Shown piece by piece: positions 25,038 to 37,596 of a stretch of DNA of 64,000 nucleotides (its first letter is position 1; the number at the start of each line of letters is the position of its first letter). Made by a program: the position numbers and the translations under genes. The stretch covers positions 167,338,001-167,402,000 of the forward strand of contig OX597816.1 in assembly GCA_951406725.2 (NCBI GenBank). Direction: 5' to 3'. The notes under the pieces are model-generated. The model worked only from the letters and a program-made list of their open reading frames with translations. It was not told the origin of the DNA and searched no databases. This stretch comes from Octopus vulgaris. Taxonomy: Eukaryota.

Positions 25038-25122
25038 TGGGCGAGAGAGAGAGAGAAAAAGGGCGAAAGAGAAAAAAGAGAGAAAGAGGGAGAGAAACAA
25101 GTGTGTGTGTGTGTGTGTGTGA
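24749..25122. repeat. Polypurine (GA)n compound microsatellite with AAAGGGC interruptions, ending in (GT)n
   Basis: Repeated aaagggcgagagagagag units. Confidence 0.95.
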
Positions 25123-25305
25123 ATGAAAGAAAGAAAAGATCAGAAAATACTGAGGGAACGCAGGAAAGAGAGCAATACAAAATGAGAGGTGGGACAGAGA
25201 GATTTAAGTAAGCTTATTTCACATAAAACAATATGTATTGTGGTAAACAGCTGTGTTTGCAGAACAAGTACAAACAACTAATTATATATGTACATAAATT
25301 ATACC

Positions 25306-25341
<36 letters not shown>

Positions 25342-27704
25342 TGGTTTCTCCTAACACGCTTTACATATAGTGGAGGAGAAAGTAAATGAGAGAAAGAGTT
25401 ACAAGATAAGCACAATTAATGCACATACTAGGCTTGGTGGCAGGCAATGAAGGTCAGTCACACACAGAGCAAGAGAAAATCTTAGGAGATGGAGTAGTTA
25501 TAGAAACGAGAAATTTGTTTTCATTTAATTTTATCTTAAGTTAAATATTTTTCCTTTGAAAAATAGAATTCATTGTCACCATCATTTAACGTCTGCTTTC
25601 CACATTGGCATGTGCATGACAGTTCGACAGGAGCTAGCAAGGCCAGGAGCCACACCAGGTTCCATAGTCTGTTTTGACATGGTTTCTATAGGTGGGTTCC
25701 CTTCCTAAGGACCATCCACTTTACAGAGTGTATTGGGTGCTCTTTACGTAGCACCAGTGCTTTTTATGTCACACTAGCCCCCTTTTTAGTTGGCACCAGC
25801 AGTAACAAGGTCACCAAGTATCCATTTCATCACTTAGTATAATTAACAAGAAATTTCATAAAAGTTAAATTATAATTAATGTCCTATTTCCTGACATTAC
25901 CCATGGTGCCAAATGTATATACATCCAAACTTGCTCACCATGTGATGCATTACATTCCAATGTGTACAACATAAAAAAAATGCAGTCTAACCAAGTACAC
26001 CATTTGAGGAAGACAATGTTACAGAATTCTTCAAGATTCATTTTACATGACTGTTGGGAATAAGAACCAAGTCTTGAAGCTGTGTTTCCGGTGATAGGAT
26101 GACATCCTACTAATGTAAAGAGGCAGGATATTTATGCCTTCTGTGTTTAAAATGCTGTGAAATACAAAGTGACTAACTTTCAGTTCTTCTGGTGAATTCC
26201 ACAGAGGCTTTGAAAATATTTACAGAAAGCATCATTGTTTTAACATCCACTTTTCCATGCTTGTATAGGTTAGATGGAATTCCTGGATGCAGATCTTTAA
26301 CAGCTGGATACACTTCTTGTCATCAATCCTCAGTTGTTTCCAAGGTAACATTTCCCTTTGAACAGACATGTCACAGAAGATTGGAAATGAAGGTCACTGC
26401 TTGTATGAATGACAGTGATACTCATTTACAATTATCACACAATATCAAGACACAGAAACAGACGACAGACTTCTTTCAGTTTCTGTCAGCCGATTCTAAT
26501 AAAAAGTCTATGCACATACTAGGCTTGGTGGCAGGCAATGAGTGAAGGTCAGTCACACATAGGAGATGGAGTAAGTTATACAAACGAAAAATTTATTTTC
26601 ATTTAATTTTATGTAAAGTGGTTGGCATTAGGAAGGGCATCCAGCTGTTGAAACCAAACCAGATCAGACTGGAACCTGGTGCAGCTCTTCAGCTTGCCAG
26701 TTTTGGTTAAACTGCCCAACCCACACCAGCATGGAAAATGGACATTAACAGAGAAGGATGATGATGATGATGAAGATGATGATTAACAACTATTTTCAAA
26801 TGATATTGTGTTTTGCCAGTATCTTGTTTGCTTTTAATTGCATGCCTCCTTAAATAATTCCCAACAACTAGTAGTATTGTTCACTTTGGAAACCAGCGAA
26901 CTATAAAACCAGAGTTTCTCGGCTCTCAGTTTCACACACTGTAGTTTATGTAATAAAGAACCATTTATTAAACTAACACACACCATGGCCACGAGGGAAT
27001 ATTTAAAGAGTGTAGATAAATATCTGAGAGTGAAAGAGAGTGAGAGTGAGTGTGTGTGTGTCCTGTCTGTAATGAAGGTAATTATATCAAGATTGTAGTG
27101 TTTACGGTCAGTTAAGATTAATGGAACATAAGGAAAGCTATTCTTGAAATGTGACCATGATAATAGAAAACAAGAGAAGGAGAGTAGAAATAGATATCAC
27201 CAGAATAGAGGTCTGGAGAAAAGAGCTAAACAATAACTATACAAAGACAGACAGAACAATGCAATGTGTTCATGTTAAACCAACCCTATAAACTGATCTT
27301 GCTAATATATGAATTAATTACTTTGTATTAGTATATGTTGTTACCTATATGGCTAACAGTGAAGGTATATGGCCGAGTGTTTAGTCAGTAGTGCTCTCAA
27401 GCATAAGGCTGCAGGTTCGATTCCTGGGTTGAGAGGCACATTTTATTAAAATCGACTGATTACTGATACAGCCCTTTCTTCACATCATGTCCTTGATGTT
27501 TTGCTGATTCAAAGATGGGAGGACCGAGGGGGTGTTTATTTCTGCAAGTTTTCCTCTCAGTTTACAGTCTCTTTGCCAAGCTAAGAGAAGCTAAGTAAAT
27601 AAGGTTGTAATAAAAATTTAAAAAGCAAGAAAAAGAAAATGTAAAAGTTTACAGTGTCCCCAAAAATTCAGGCACATCAACATTCAAGAAATACTGAAAT
27701 CATC

Positions 27705-27790
27705 TACAGGGTGAGACAAAAAAACCTTCCCATATATTACTTGACCTTTGTTGTGGCACTAGCGAAGTTAGTGTAGATGGTAAAGGTGTC
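27705..27790 (+). mobile_element. Possible Tc1/mariner terminal fragment
   Basis: TA followed by CAGGGTGAGACAAAAAAACC resembles Tc1/mariner TIR starts; partner TIR not found. Confidence 0.3.
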
Positions 27791-28165
27791 TTCAAGTATT
27801 TGTCTTTTACTTGTTTCAGGCTGCAGCCATGCTGAGGGTACTACCTTAAAGAATTTTAGTTGAACAAATCAACCTTGGTATTTAAATTTATTTTTTCAGT
27901 CACTTCTTGCTGAACCACTATGTTAAGGGACATAAACACACCAACACCAATTGTCAAATGGTGGGGAAAAACAACAGACACAAAGACACACATGTGCATC
28001 ACTTCAAACAATCAATACATATATATGCACACGATGGGCTTCTTTCAGCTTCTGTCCAAATACACTCACAAAACTTTGGTCGACCTGGGGCTGTAGTAGA
28101 AGACACTTGTCCAAGGTGCTAGGCAGTGGGACCGAACCCAGAACTATGCTGTTGGGAAGCAAACT

Positions 28166-28400
28166 TATTTCTTTATTGCCCACAAGGGGATACACACAGG
28201 GGGACAAACAAGGACAGACAAACGGATTAAGTTGATTATATCGACCCCAGTGTGTAACTGGTACTTATTTAATTGACCCTGAAAGGATGAAAAGCAAAGT
28301 CAACCTCAGTAGAATTTGAACTCAGAACATGAAGACAGACGAAATACCGCTAAGCATTTTGCCTGGTGTGCTAACGTTTCTGCCAGCTTGCCGCCGCCGT
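28166..28400 (-). mobile_element. SINE family A nested in a family B SINE (27805-28418)
   Basis: The B-family head is interrupted after gcaaactt and resumes at cttaccacacagcc. Confidence 0.85.
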
Positions 28401-29507
28401 CTTACCACACAGCCACACTGGCTGGCACTGTTTTATTTTTACTTTTTTTTTTTTTTTAGCTACCATTGTGGTTTATACCAGAGCACATTCTATTTACTTT
28501 TGCAACTTTTATGAAGAATACCAAATGGTGAATTTATGACTGCAGAGTGTTAAATCAAAATGATGCTCTTCCAAACTGAAAACCCATATTGCTATGGGAC
28601 AGGGCTACATGTTCCCCAATAAAAAGATAGCTACCAGGAAGTCTTTAGAGTGTTCAAATCCCAGAAGATGTCCAAATTGTGAGATAGTAGTGGTCTCCTA
28701 ACCATTCAGCCTATAAACATTCTTCTGTTCCAGGATTATCTAAGAGTCGTGTTCCATCCACACAAAATGACAGGTGTTCAAAGAACTTCATGAACTGGGA
28801 AAACATGGCATGCTGTAGAGTTTTCCCTTTTTACTGCAACTTGTCTAAAGATGATTTAATTGCATATGTAGTGATGTCACAGCTAAAACAATTAGCTAAA
28901 ACCTGGCACATATTAAGAAGTTATACTTGTTTCAGAGTGACAGTCATGGTTGGCTTTTGCTTTCATGGAAAACAATTGTTCAGACACAAAATGAACATAG
29001 ATATCAATAATTAATTGGTACCAAAATTAAGATAAACAATAAGGAATAAATGACCATCTGTGATAACAAACACACACACACACACACACTCACCACGTGG
29101 CCCTTAAATAAGAGTGCATGCAGAAAACTGATGTAGCTGTCCCCTACTACTACTGCTAATAATAGTATTTCAAACGTTTTGTTTATCTTCTCATTTCAGT
29201 CATTGGATGGTGACCATTCCAGGGTGCTGCCTCGAAGGGTTTTGGTCAAATAAATCAACCCAAACCTATTTTTCTTTTTAAGTCCAGTACTTATTCTATT
29301 GGTCTCTTTTTGCCAGACCACTATGTCATGAGGATATAAACAACCAACATCAGTCGTCAAGTAGTGAGAAAGGGAACAAAATGCAGACAAAGACACAAAT
29401 TCAAGTATATATACACTAAACAGGCTCCCACAATTTCCTATTTATTATATATATATATATATATACCCGTGCTAGCGCAGAAAACGGATGTTAAACGATG
29501 ATGATGA

Positions 29508-29545
<38 letters not shown>

Positions 29546-29659
29546 TTTTACTTGTTTCAGTTATTTGACTTCAGCCATACTGCAGCATCACCTTTTAGTC
29601 GAACAAAATGACTAGATTTTTTAAAAAAAAGAGTACTGGTGGTTGATTTGTTTGTTTAA

Positions 29660-29880
29660 CCCTTTAGCATTTAAACCGGCCATATCCGGCCAAAAGTATT
29701 CTGCCTGTTTTATGTTCAAACTGGACAGATCTGGTCTCTCACACCAACCCTACAATATCATTTTAAAAATTAACAGCTACCTCATTAGAATCTCATAGCA
29801 CCAAGATAATGCCTGATTAGTTCAAGGCAATGTGGATGAAAAAGGATTAATTTTGGCAGAATAATGCAAACACTAAAGGG
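29660..29880 (+). mobile_element. piggyBac-type MITE, 221 bp
   Basis: TTAA TSD (29656, 29881); TIR CCCTTTAG...CTAAAGGG; same length and highly similar to 50972-51192. Confidence 0.92.
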
Positions 29881-30602
29881 TTAAAACCCTACTGGGGTCT
29901 AATAACTGAAACTAGTGAAATAATATATCTATATAACCCTGTTCCTGAATCAATTAAAAAGTTTTCCTTTCAGCTTACAACAGTTTACAGTCTCTTTGCA
30001 AAGCTAAGAGAAGCTAAGTAGATAAAGTAGTAATAAAAATTAAAAAATTAAAAAAGCAAGATAAAGAAAATGTATAAGTTTACAGTGTCCCCAAAAAATT
30101 CAGGCACATCAACATTCCCAAGAAGAAACTGCTTAGCTTCCCTGGCTGCCAAATCTCGATTGACCTGAACCTTTAATCAGCCAATATCTGCTGCCAACTA
30201 GTAAAACAGCTGGTTAAAAAATGAAGATCTCACACAAATATTTGTCTCTCAACTTTAAATCAGACAACTATGAGGGTGTGTGGGAAGAGACGAGCTTAAG
30301 TTGCAGAAAACCTAACCCCATCCAAGCCCCATAGCGCTGTTGTATAGCAGAGTATATGATACCAAAAGAACAAGGTATGTACATAGAGTAGGATACACAC
30401 TGATGCTATTTTGAATGTATTTTTCTCGTGAAGGTGAAATGATATCTTCCTGCCTAGATTTCCTGTAGATGTTCATGTAGGGAGCAGGTACACAGCTGTA
30501 ACAATTAGAAAGGTTCTGTAGCAATTAGAAAGGATTCTGTTAGTTTACAGAATGGTTCAAGAATGATACAGTAAACCTGATGTTTACAAAAAACAAAACT
30601 AT

Positions 30603-30616
30603 GTTGCTATGGCAAC
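30603..30616. promoter_or_regulatory. RFX X-box-like motif GTTGCTATGGCAAC with nearby forkhead motif TGTTTAC (30581-30587)
   Basis: One mismatch from the palindrome GTTGCCATGGCAAC, in non-repeat sequence; function unproven. Confidence 0.35.
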
Positions 30617-31668
30617 CGACTACCTCTACTTTTTTTTTTCTTTTCTTTTTTACACTAAAGAATTCCCATTTTGTTATGATTTATTCGCTAGCATAAAATG
30701 CAGAATTATTTAATCATTTAGATATTTTTCAACCATAGTACTAAGTAGTTGAAGTAAAATTAATACAAATGAGCTTTAGACCAGTGGCTCTCAACCATTT
30801 TTCTGAAAGTAGACCCCTTTAATTCCTGTTCTATTTGGGTGAGCTCTCAGTCATTTGATGTTTAAAAAATCCCATTATATTTTTAGAATTAAGTATTATG
30901 AGGAATTGTACAAAAAAAAAAAAAAAGTTAAAATGTTTTGTGTATTTGTCGAAGTATAAACAATCACTAATGGTTTGAAATACAATATCACCTACTGTTC
31001 TTACCTTAACCCAATCTATATGAGGCCACCACAAGGGTTCTAGGTGAATTTGTCTACAACAATGCGTGAGAGTGTACAGTTGCGTGTGTGCATAGTTGTG
31101 CGCACATGTGTATTTTCAACAGAAATATACTAAGAAAGGGGTTAGTACCTTCCTTGAAAACCAACAATGAAAAACCACATTCCACCATATACCTCCAAAG
31201 AAAATCCCGTAGTGTTTTCATCTCCATAGTCTTCTTGGGAATGTTGAGGGGACTGAATTTTTGGAGACACTGTAAACTTATACATTTTCTTGCTTTTTAA
31301 ATATTTTAATAATGAACTCCCACCATAATCAGATCCGCATAAGGCAATGTAAAGAGGACTACAAAATTCCATGCTACTTCTTGGGATTCAGAATTTTGGT
31401 AATTAGTTCCTTTCCTCTCTTAGCCTTTCCTTGTTCTGCTAGACAGGTAAGGCAGAAAAAATGCTGTACCGTAGCACCAGTAACAGGATACTATAACAAT
31501 CCTTCATCTAAGATTTGTAAAACATGATAACCTTTGCAGTGTGAAGAAGATTCAATTCCTGACATTTCAGGTATGGCCTTTTAGAAACAAGGAGTGTGTG
31601 GAAAGACTGAAAATCTACAAATGGTGTTTTGCTGATGCAGGCCATCATGAAGTTTCCTTCATCTAGAT

Positions 31669-31759
31669 CAGAGGTACTCAACCATTTTTAACCTATGGAC
31701 CCAACAAAATCTTACATGGACCCTACAAGGGTCATAAGGAACAAGGTTGAGAACCAATG
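31669..31759. mobile_element. Short decayed hAT/Charlie-like MITE (related partial copy from 30782)
   Basis: Termini CAGAGGTACTCAACC...GGTTGAGAACCAATG; TSD imperfect. Confidence 0.55.
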
Positions 31760-32629
31760 ATCAGGAGCTATTCAGCTATCACAAAACCTGGCCCCAATTT
31801 TGATAAAACTAGCAACAGAAATTCTAGAGTGATACTTGTTTGGCAAGTGATTTGACTGAAGACCAAGTTAGAAAATAAAACAACGATAGCATGGAAGACA
31901 CATATAAGCCATTCAGAAACACAGAAAGAAAAAAAAAAGGCAGCAAGCTGGCAGAATCGTTAGCATGCTGGACGAAATGCTTAGCAGTATTTCACCCATC
32001 ACTTCGCTCTGAGTTCAAATTCCACCGAGGTTGACTTTGTGGGGTTGATGTAATCGACTGGCCTCTCCCCACTAATTTCAGGCCTTGGGCTTATAATAAA
32101 AAGGATTGCTTGTATCAAAATTTTCATCACACTATCTGCAACCTGGTCAATCATGCAGTTCATAGTAACCAGGTCACGGTTGATACCAAATAATGCTGAC
32201 ATAAAGTTAATGGGGAGGGGGTGAATGGCTGAGATTGCTATCCATAGAAATATTAAACCCCTTAAAATTTGCTTTTTTTTTTTTCTTTTACTAATCTCAA
32301 TGACCGAGCTTTGGTCATGCCAGGACACTGCTTTGAAAGGTTTAATCAAATCAACCCCATCCCAGTTCTTATTCAATCAGTTCCTATTAGCCAAACCACT
32401 AAGTTATGAAGATGTAAACAAACTGACACTGGTTGTCAAGCAATGAGACACAAACGTGCATGCACACACAACAGGCGTCCACACAATTTCCCTTTACCAA
32501 ATTCATTCACAAAGCAGTGGTCAGTTTGGGTTATAGTGGAAGAACTTGTCCAAGGTGCCATGGAGTGGGATGAACTCAAAACCACCACGACTGGGGGAGC
32601 AAACAGGATTTCTACATATTATCATCATC

Positions 32630-32821
32630 ATCAGTTTCAGTCACATGACTGTGGCCATGCTGGAGCACCGCCTTTAGTCAAATTGACCCCAGGACTTATT
32701 CTTTGTAAGCCTAGTACTTATTCTATCAGGGTCTTTTACCGAACCGCTAATTTACAGGGATGTAAACACACTAGCATCGGTTGTCAAGCAATGTTGGGGG
32801 GACAAACACAGACATACAAAC

Positions 32822-32854
<33 letters not shown>

Positions 32855-33010
32855 CGGGCTTCTTTCAGTTTCTGTTTACCAAATCCACTCACAAGGCTTT
32901 GGTTGGCCTGAGGCTATATTAGAAGACACTTGCCCAAGGTGCCATGCAGTGGGACTGAACCCAGAACCATGTGATTCGTAAGCAAGCTACTTACCACACA
33001 GCCACTCCTA
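32630..33010 (-). mobile_element. SINE family B, full length
   Basis: Homologous to 5940-6315. Confidence 0.9.
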
Positions 33011-33502
33011 AATAAAACACCCAGCCCCTGTAAAAATGAATATTAAACAAAAAGATAGACAAGGGAAGGGGCTAAAAGTGTACTAAGAACTTCACGGAGT
33101 GGTTCGTCAAGAAAGCAGCAGCATTCTTATACATAATTCATTCTTTAATGGTTGCATATTTGTTACAAACCAAAATACTTGATTATGCTACTACTACACA
33201 AAACATCTCTGTATGACCCCCCTTTACTACAATCCCCAAAATGAATAGAGCTTTGAAACGAAGCTACATAAAAAGCCACTTATTAACATCAATAGAAATA
33301 ATGTTTAAAGTTAGATGCAGCCAGCAGCAAGAGATTACTTGTGAAGGGTGAGGCCACAAACGGCACACCAGATTTAAACCAAAGCTGACAGGTTAACATG
33401 AATGATGGCTTTTTTAGAATTGAGTTCTCAACTGTTTCTTTTCAAAGGCAGGTGCCAATGCCAGGAGATATCAGTCTGTGGTAGCATTAGTTTTTATTTT
33501 AG

Positions 33503-33533
<31 letters not shown>

Positions 33534-34127
33534 TATTATTTTAAGAAAGATTATTTTCATTTTGTCGATATTCCAAATCTGTAATAGATTGGAAGTTGTA
33601 AATCTGACAGTCCTAGGGAATTTCTAGACACCATGGGTGGTACCCAAGAGACGAAGTCTCTTAGTTTGTGAGAGGGTGTGTGTGTGTATATATATATATA
33701 TATAAGGCCCCCAGTTGAAAATATAGAAAGAATGCATAAATAGAAACATCAAAACAGGGGTTTTAAAATAAGTTTTTTTTTTCTGTTAATAACGTATCTA
33801 AAAGAAAATTCAGCTATTATTTATAGCTTATAATTATGTATTGGGTTAAATATAAAAAAAACTTGGATGGATAAAAGGGAAAAGGCAGCTTGAGACTTGA
33901 ACCATGCATCATCTGCAACACAGTCTTCAAGTTTTAAGAGATTATAAACTTATTTATAGAGGAATTCTCAAAGAAATAAAATAAATCAATATTCTAAATT
34001 AGGAAATGTACAAATGTGTTAGTTGTTAAGTTCAATTCAGGCAGATCCAACAATATCTTTCTCTCTCTCTCATTCATCTTTGAAACAACTTTTTGTGACC
34101 ATTTTTATGTTGAAATATATTGCCTTT

Positions 34128-34640
34128 TGGCTGATATACTCTCCGGCCTTCATCAGGTGTTCTGGGGGAAATTTTGAACCTGGGTTCTCATTCCCAAGGT
34201 ATTTTTCGATATCATTATTATTCAGTTCACTGCCTGGAATTGAACTTGAAATGTTGGGGTTACTAGCCCGTGCACTTAACCACTACGCCATATGCTCACA
34301 GGCACATGGGAACCAGTATTAAGGAAGGATAGCATATTAGATTTATAATCCCTAAAATTCACTCCACTAATGCCTACGGGCAGATGGTGTAGCGGTTAAG
34401 AATGCGAGCTAACCCCAAGACACCAAGTTTGATTCCAGGCAGTGACCTGAATAACAACATTGAAAAGTACCTTAGGAATGAGAACCTAGGTTCCAAATTC
34501 CTCCAGGATACCTGATGAAAGTTGGAGAGTATATCAGCTGAAATGGTGTTAACAACAAATAAGATGAGGACAAATATCCGTCAAATGTAAATAACGTAAA
34601 TAATGTACATAATTCCTCATCTCTCAAATATAGAACTATT
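34128..34640. mobile_element. Inverted bipartite element: two divergent tRNA-headed arms each carrying a minimal hammerhead motif (Penelope-type architecture)
   Basis: Arms 34128-34304 (-) and 34371-34640 (+); A/B-box-like motifs; CTGATGA...GAAA core; 13-bp flanking repeat atatattg(c/t)cttt. Confidence 0.75.
34505..34552 (+). ncRNA. Decayed minimal type-I hammerhead ribozyme motif
   Basis: gatac-CTGATGA(34512-34518)-a-agttgg-agagtata-tcagct-GAAA(34540-34543)-tg-gtgtt; the inverse arm reads aacac-CTGATGA-a-ggccgg-agagtata-tcagcc. Confidence 0.55.
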
Positions 34641-36827
34641 ATATATTGTCTTTTTTTCAATATTTTGAAAATGATGAAGAATTTATTAAAATAACTGCAA
34701 TTAAGAGGAATGTAAAGAATATAAGGCATCGAGCTGACAGAATCATTGCTGGGCCAAACAGATTGCTTAGTATTTCAGTCATCTTTACATTCTGAGCTCA
34801 AATTTCACAGAGGTTGATTCTGCCTTCCATCCTTCAGGATCAATAAAATCACTGGGGTTGATGTACTCAACTAACTCCCTCCCCAGAAATTGCTGGCCTT
34901 GCACCAAAATTTGAAACCATTATTAACAAGAATATAAACGAAGTTTTGATAGGTTATAACTTAGGTCACTTTATTAAAGGGAATTTGCCTGAGAATCCAG
35001 GACACTTTCAGGCACATTGGAATCAAAAGGGTTAGTAAAGCAGTATAATTGCACAATTACCCAAACTGAGATCCACTACTGACCAAACTTCTCACCCACA
35101 AAATTTCCATCTCTAACCATCTCCACTCTTCATCTTCCACAAAGCTACCCACTCAGCTCTCCTCAATTTTCTGTCCCTACTCTGTCTATTTTCTTGTACA
35201 TTGAGAGTCATGTCTTGGCACCTCATCTCAATCTTTTCTACCTTGTCAGCAGGAACAACCGTGTATCTCCTCTATAGCAAGATACCTGTCCTTGTCCCTT
35301 AATCATTAGTCTTTGAACACCTGGCATAAAACCACCTCCCTCAAGACTGCATCCCCCTTTCAGTTGTGGGTTTTTTTGTTGGGGGGTGGGTGTTGTTTTG
35401 AAAGTTATTTGGTAACTTCATTTGTGCTGGTGCCATGAAATAAGCACCCAGTACACTCTGTAAAGTAGCTGGTGTTAGGAAGGGTATTGAGCCATAGAAA
35501 CTGTGCCAAAGCAAATATTGAAGCCCAACACAACCCTCTGGCTCGTTGGATCTTGTTGAACATCCTAACCCATGACAGCAGGAAAAGCAGATATTAAGTT
35601 ACGAGGATTGTAGTAGTCTCAATACAAATTCAATGTTGTAAATCAGGTTGCAATGATACAATGGCTTCAACAGGAATTCACTTGAGATTACAAATTTCTG
35701 GGGACAACTTGACCCTGTGGAATGTCTCATACAATTTCAGTATAGCAATGTGCATTCCATTTGGAATAGGGTGCCACATTGAAAGTACAACCCTGATGCG
35801 CCACTTTATATACATCTGTATTATCACTTGCATAAATGCAAACACACATATACACACTGGAGACTTTGTCAATGTAAATTCCAGCCAAGTTAAACACCAT
35901 TCTAGAATGATTCATGTTAAGATGGATTACCATTTGGCAAAGGTAGCTAAATGATAATCCAGTGAGTTGGAAAGGGAGTTTCACCTACCAGGTTGAGAAA
36001 AAAAATACTTAGCTCAGCTAACCACACCTTGGAACAGTCATAAGTAGTATGGTAACAACATGAAGAGTCTCTCTCTCTCACACACCTACACATTCATCAA
36101 TCATTAACCACAATCTCATTTATTCTAAAATTAGATAATACTCAAGTGTTTTTAAGATGAAATATGAGAAAAAAAAAAATCTTATCACTGATGACTTTAA
36201 GACAAAAAAAAAATTGATTTAGTGCAATGACAACAGAAAAGGGAAACTAACAGTGCTGGTAGAGAGAGAGGTGGGTGTTATCTGAATGCGTAATTATGGT
36301 AGGTAAAGAAAGAAATAGTTTAAGTCGTCCTCAAATATCACTTATCAAATATCAGTGATTCTAAATCTTTTAAAACTCAATCCAAACTTTGAAGAAACAG
36401 AAAATGTACTAAAAATGTTCTCACTCTGAAATAATATACCTTAAACATGCTTGTGCCAAAGTTTCTTCAGTTGGGGAAAGGAATTCTACCTAAGTTATTC
36501 AAACCAGACCAGTACAGAAGCCAAACATCTACTGCCCCACCACCACCACCAGTGTCTTACCATGTGGGTCTTTCTCCCTCCCCCATCTTCAAAACATGTG
36601 TTAGGACCTTAAGATAAAAAGGTCAGAGTTAAGCATTTGATTAGCTCCTTCTAAGTTATAGATCTGCTCCAACAGACTTAATCATATCTTCTCAAGAACA
36701 CTTTTAGAAGAGGTACTACACACATCTTATCCTAACTTAAAAACCGCAGAATTATATTCCTTAAAACTTTAAAATAATCTGAAATTTTCTACAATTTGTG
36801 CATAGATTTTTCTTTCTTTAGTTTTAA

Positions 36828-37063
36828 CCCATTCATGCCGAAATTTTTCTAGTGAATGAAATTGCCTGAAAATATTATTATTTTGACCTAAATAACTGGA
36901 AAAAAAATTTCATTGAAATCCGTCTGATACAGACTGCATACGCATTAAGAACATATCTCATTCTTTGATACAGATCATACATAAATCACAATTTGTATGA
37001 AGTATTTGTTTTATACCCTTATAAATTAAGGGTCAGTTTAAACGGACAATCAGCATGAATAGG
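36828..37063. mobile_element. piggyBac-type MITE (third family)
   Basis: TTAA TSD (36824, 37064); TIRs CCCATTCATGCCGA / CCTATTCATGCTGA. Confidence 0.85.
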
Positions 37064-37109
37064 TTAATGTTCACACACAAACAAAGTATGTATTGCGTGC
37101 ATGCACACA

Positions 37110-37596
37110 CATTATCTCCTCAAAGACATACAGCATCTCGAAAGAGTCCAGAAGCTGGCTACACGCATGGTTCATGGTCTCAAAAATTTGTCCTACGAAG
37201 AAAGGCTAAGGACGCTCGACCTTTATTCTCTTGAAAAACGCCGCCGCCGTGGTGATCTCATTCTCGCCCACAACATCATAAGCGGAAAGTGTAACCTCTC
37301 GAAAGAGCTGTTCTTCACTCCTGCTCCAGAGCGTCGGCTGCGGGGTCATTCCGAAAAGCTCTACCTGCGACGATTTCATCTCAATCGAAGGAGAGGAGCT
37401 TTCTCCGTCCGGGTTGCGGATCCGTGGAACAAGCTGCCAGACGAGATGGTGAAGATGCCGACGACCGCTTTGTTCAAAGCCTCCCTTGACCTCAAGTGGC
37501 CTGAACTCTTTACATGAACACCACCCTGTACTTAACTCCATGTCCCCCTACATGGCCTTGCTATTTGCTTTTGAGCCAAATTAACTAACTAACTAA
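37110..37596 (+). mobile_element. CR1-type LINE, 5'-truncated 3' end (ORF2 C-terminus, 3' UTR, (AACT)n tail)
   Basis: Open frame KDIQHLERVQKLATRMV..LSYEERL..L.LYSLEKRRRRGDLI..RGHSEKL..FSVRV..WNKLP; stop at 37517; 10-bp TSD CATGCACACA (37100, 37597). Confidence 0.93.

Noticed and set aside
24468-25211. ORFs of 111-210 aa
   Set aside because: Translation of (GA)n and (GT)n repeats
30502-30543. Short tandem duplications (caattagaaaggttctgtag x2; also atgtaaaactttta x2 at ~57020 and (CCAGT/CCGGT)n at ~40585)
   Set aside because: Ordinary slippage products with no further structure
31142-31372. 76-aa minus-strand ORF as an exon
   Set aside because: Overlaps the inverted local duplicate, whose other copies do not keep the frame; no convincing splice sites
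32443-32981. Recurrent ORF motifs such as DCGHAGAPP, RRHLPKVP, QIHSQGFG
   Set aside because: Conceptual translations of the family B SINE; frames are not preserved between copies
35630-35800. Possible mariner transposase C-terminus and TIR
   Set aside because: Only vague resemblance across stops; not supportable without a search
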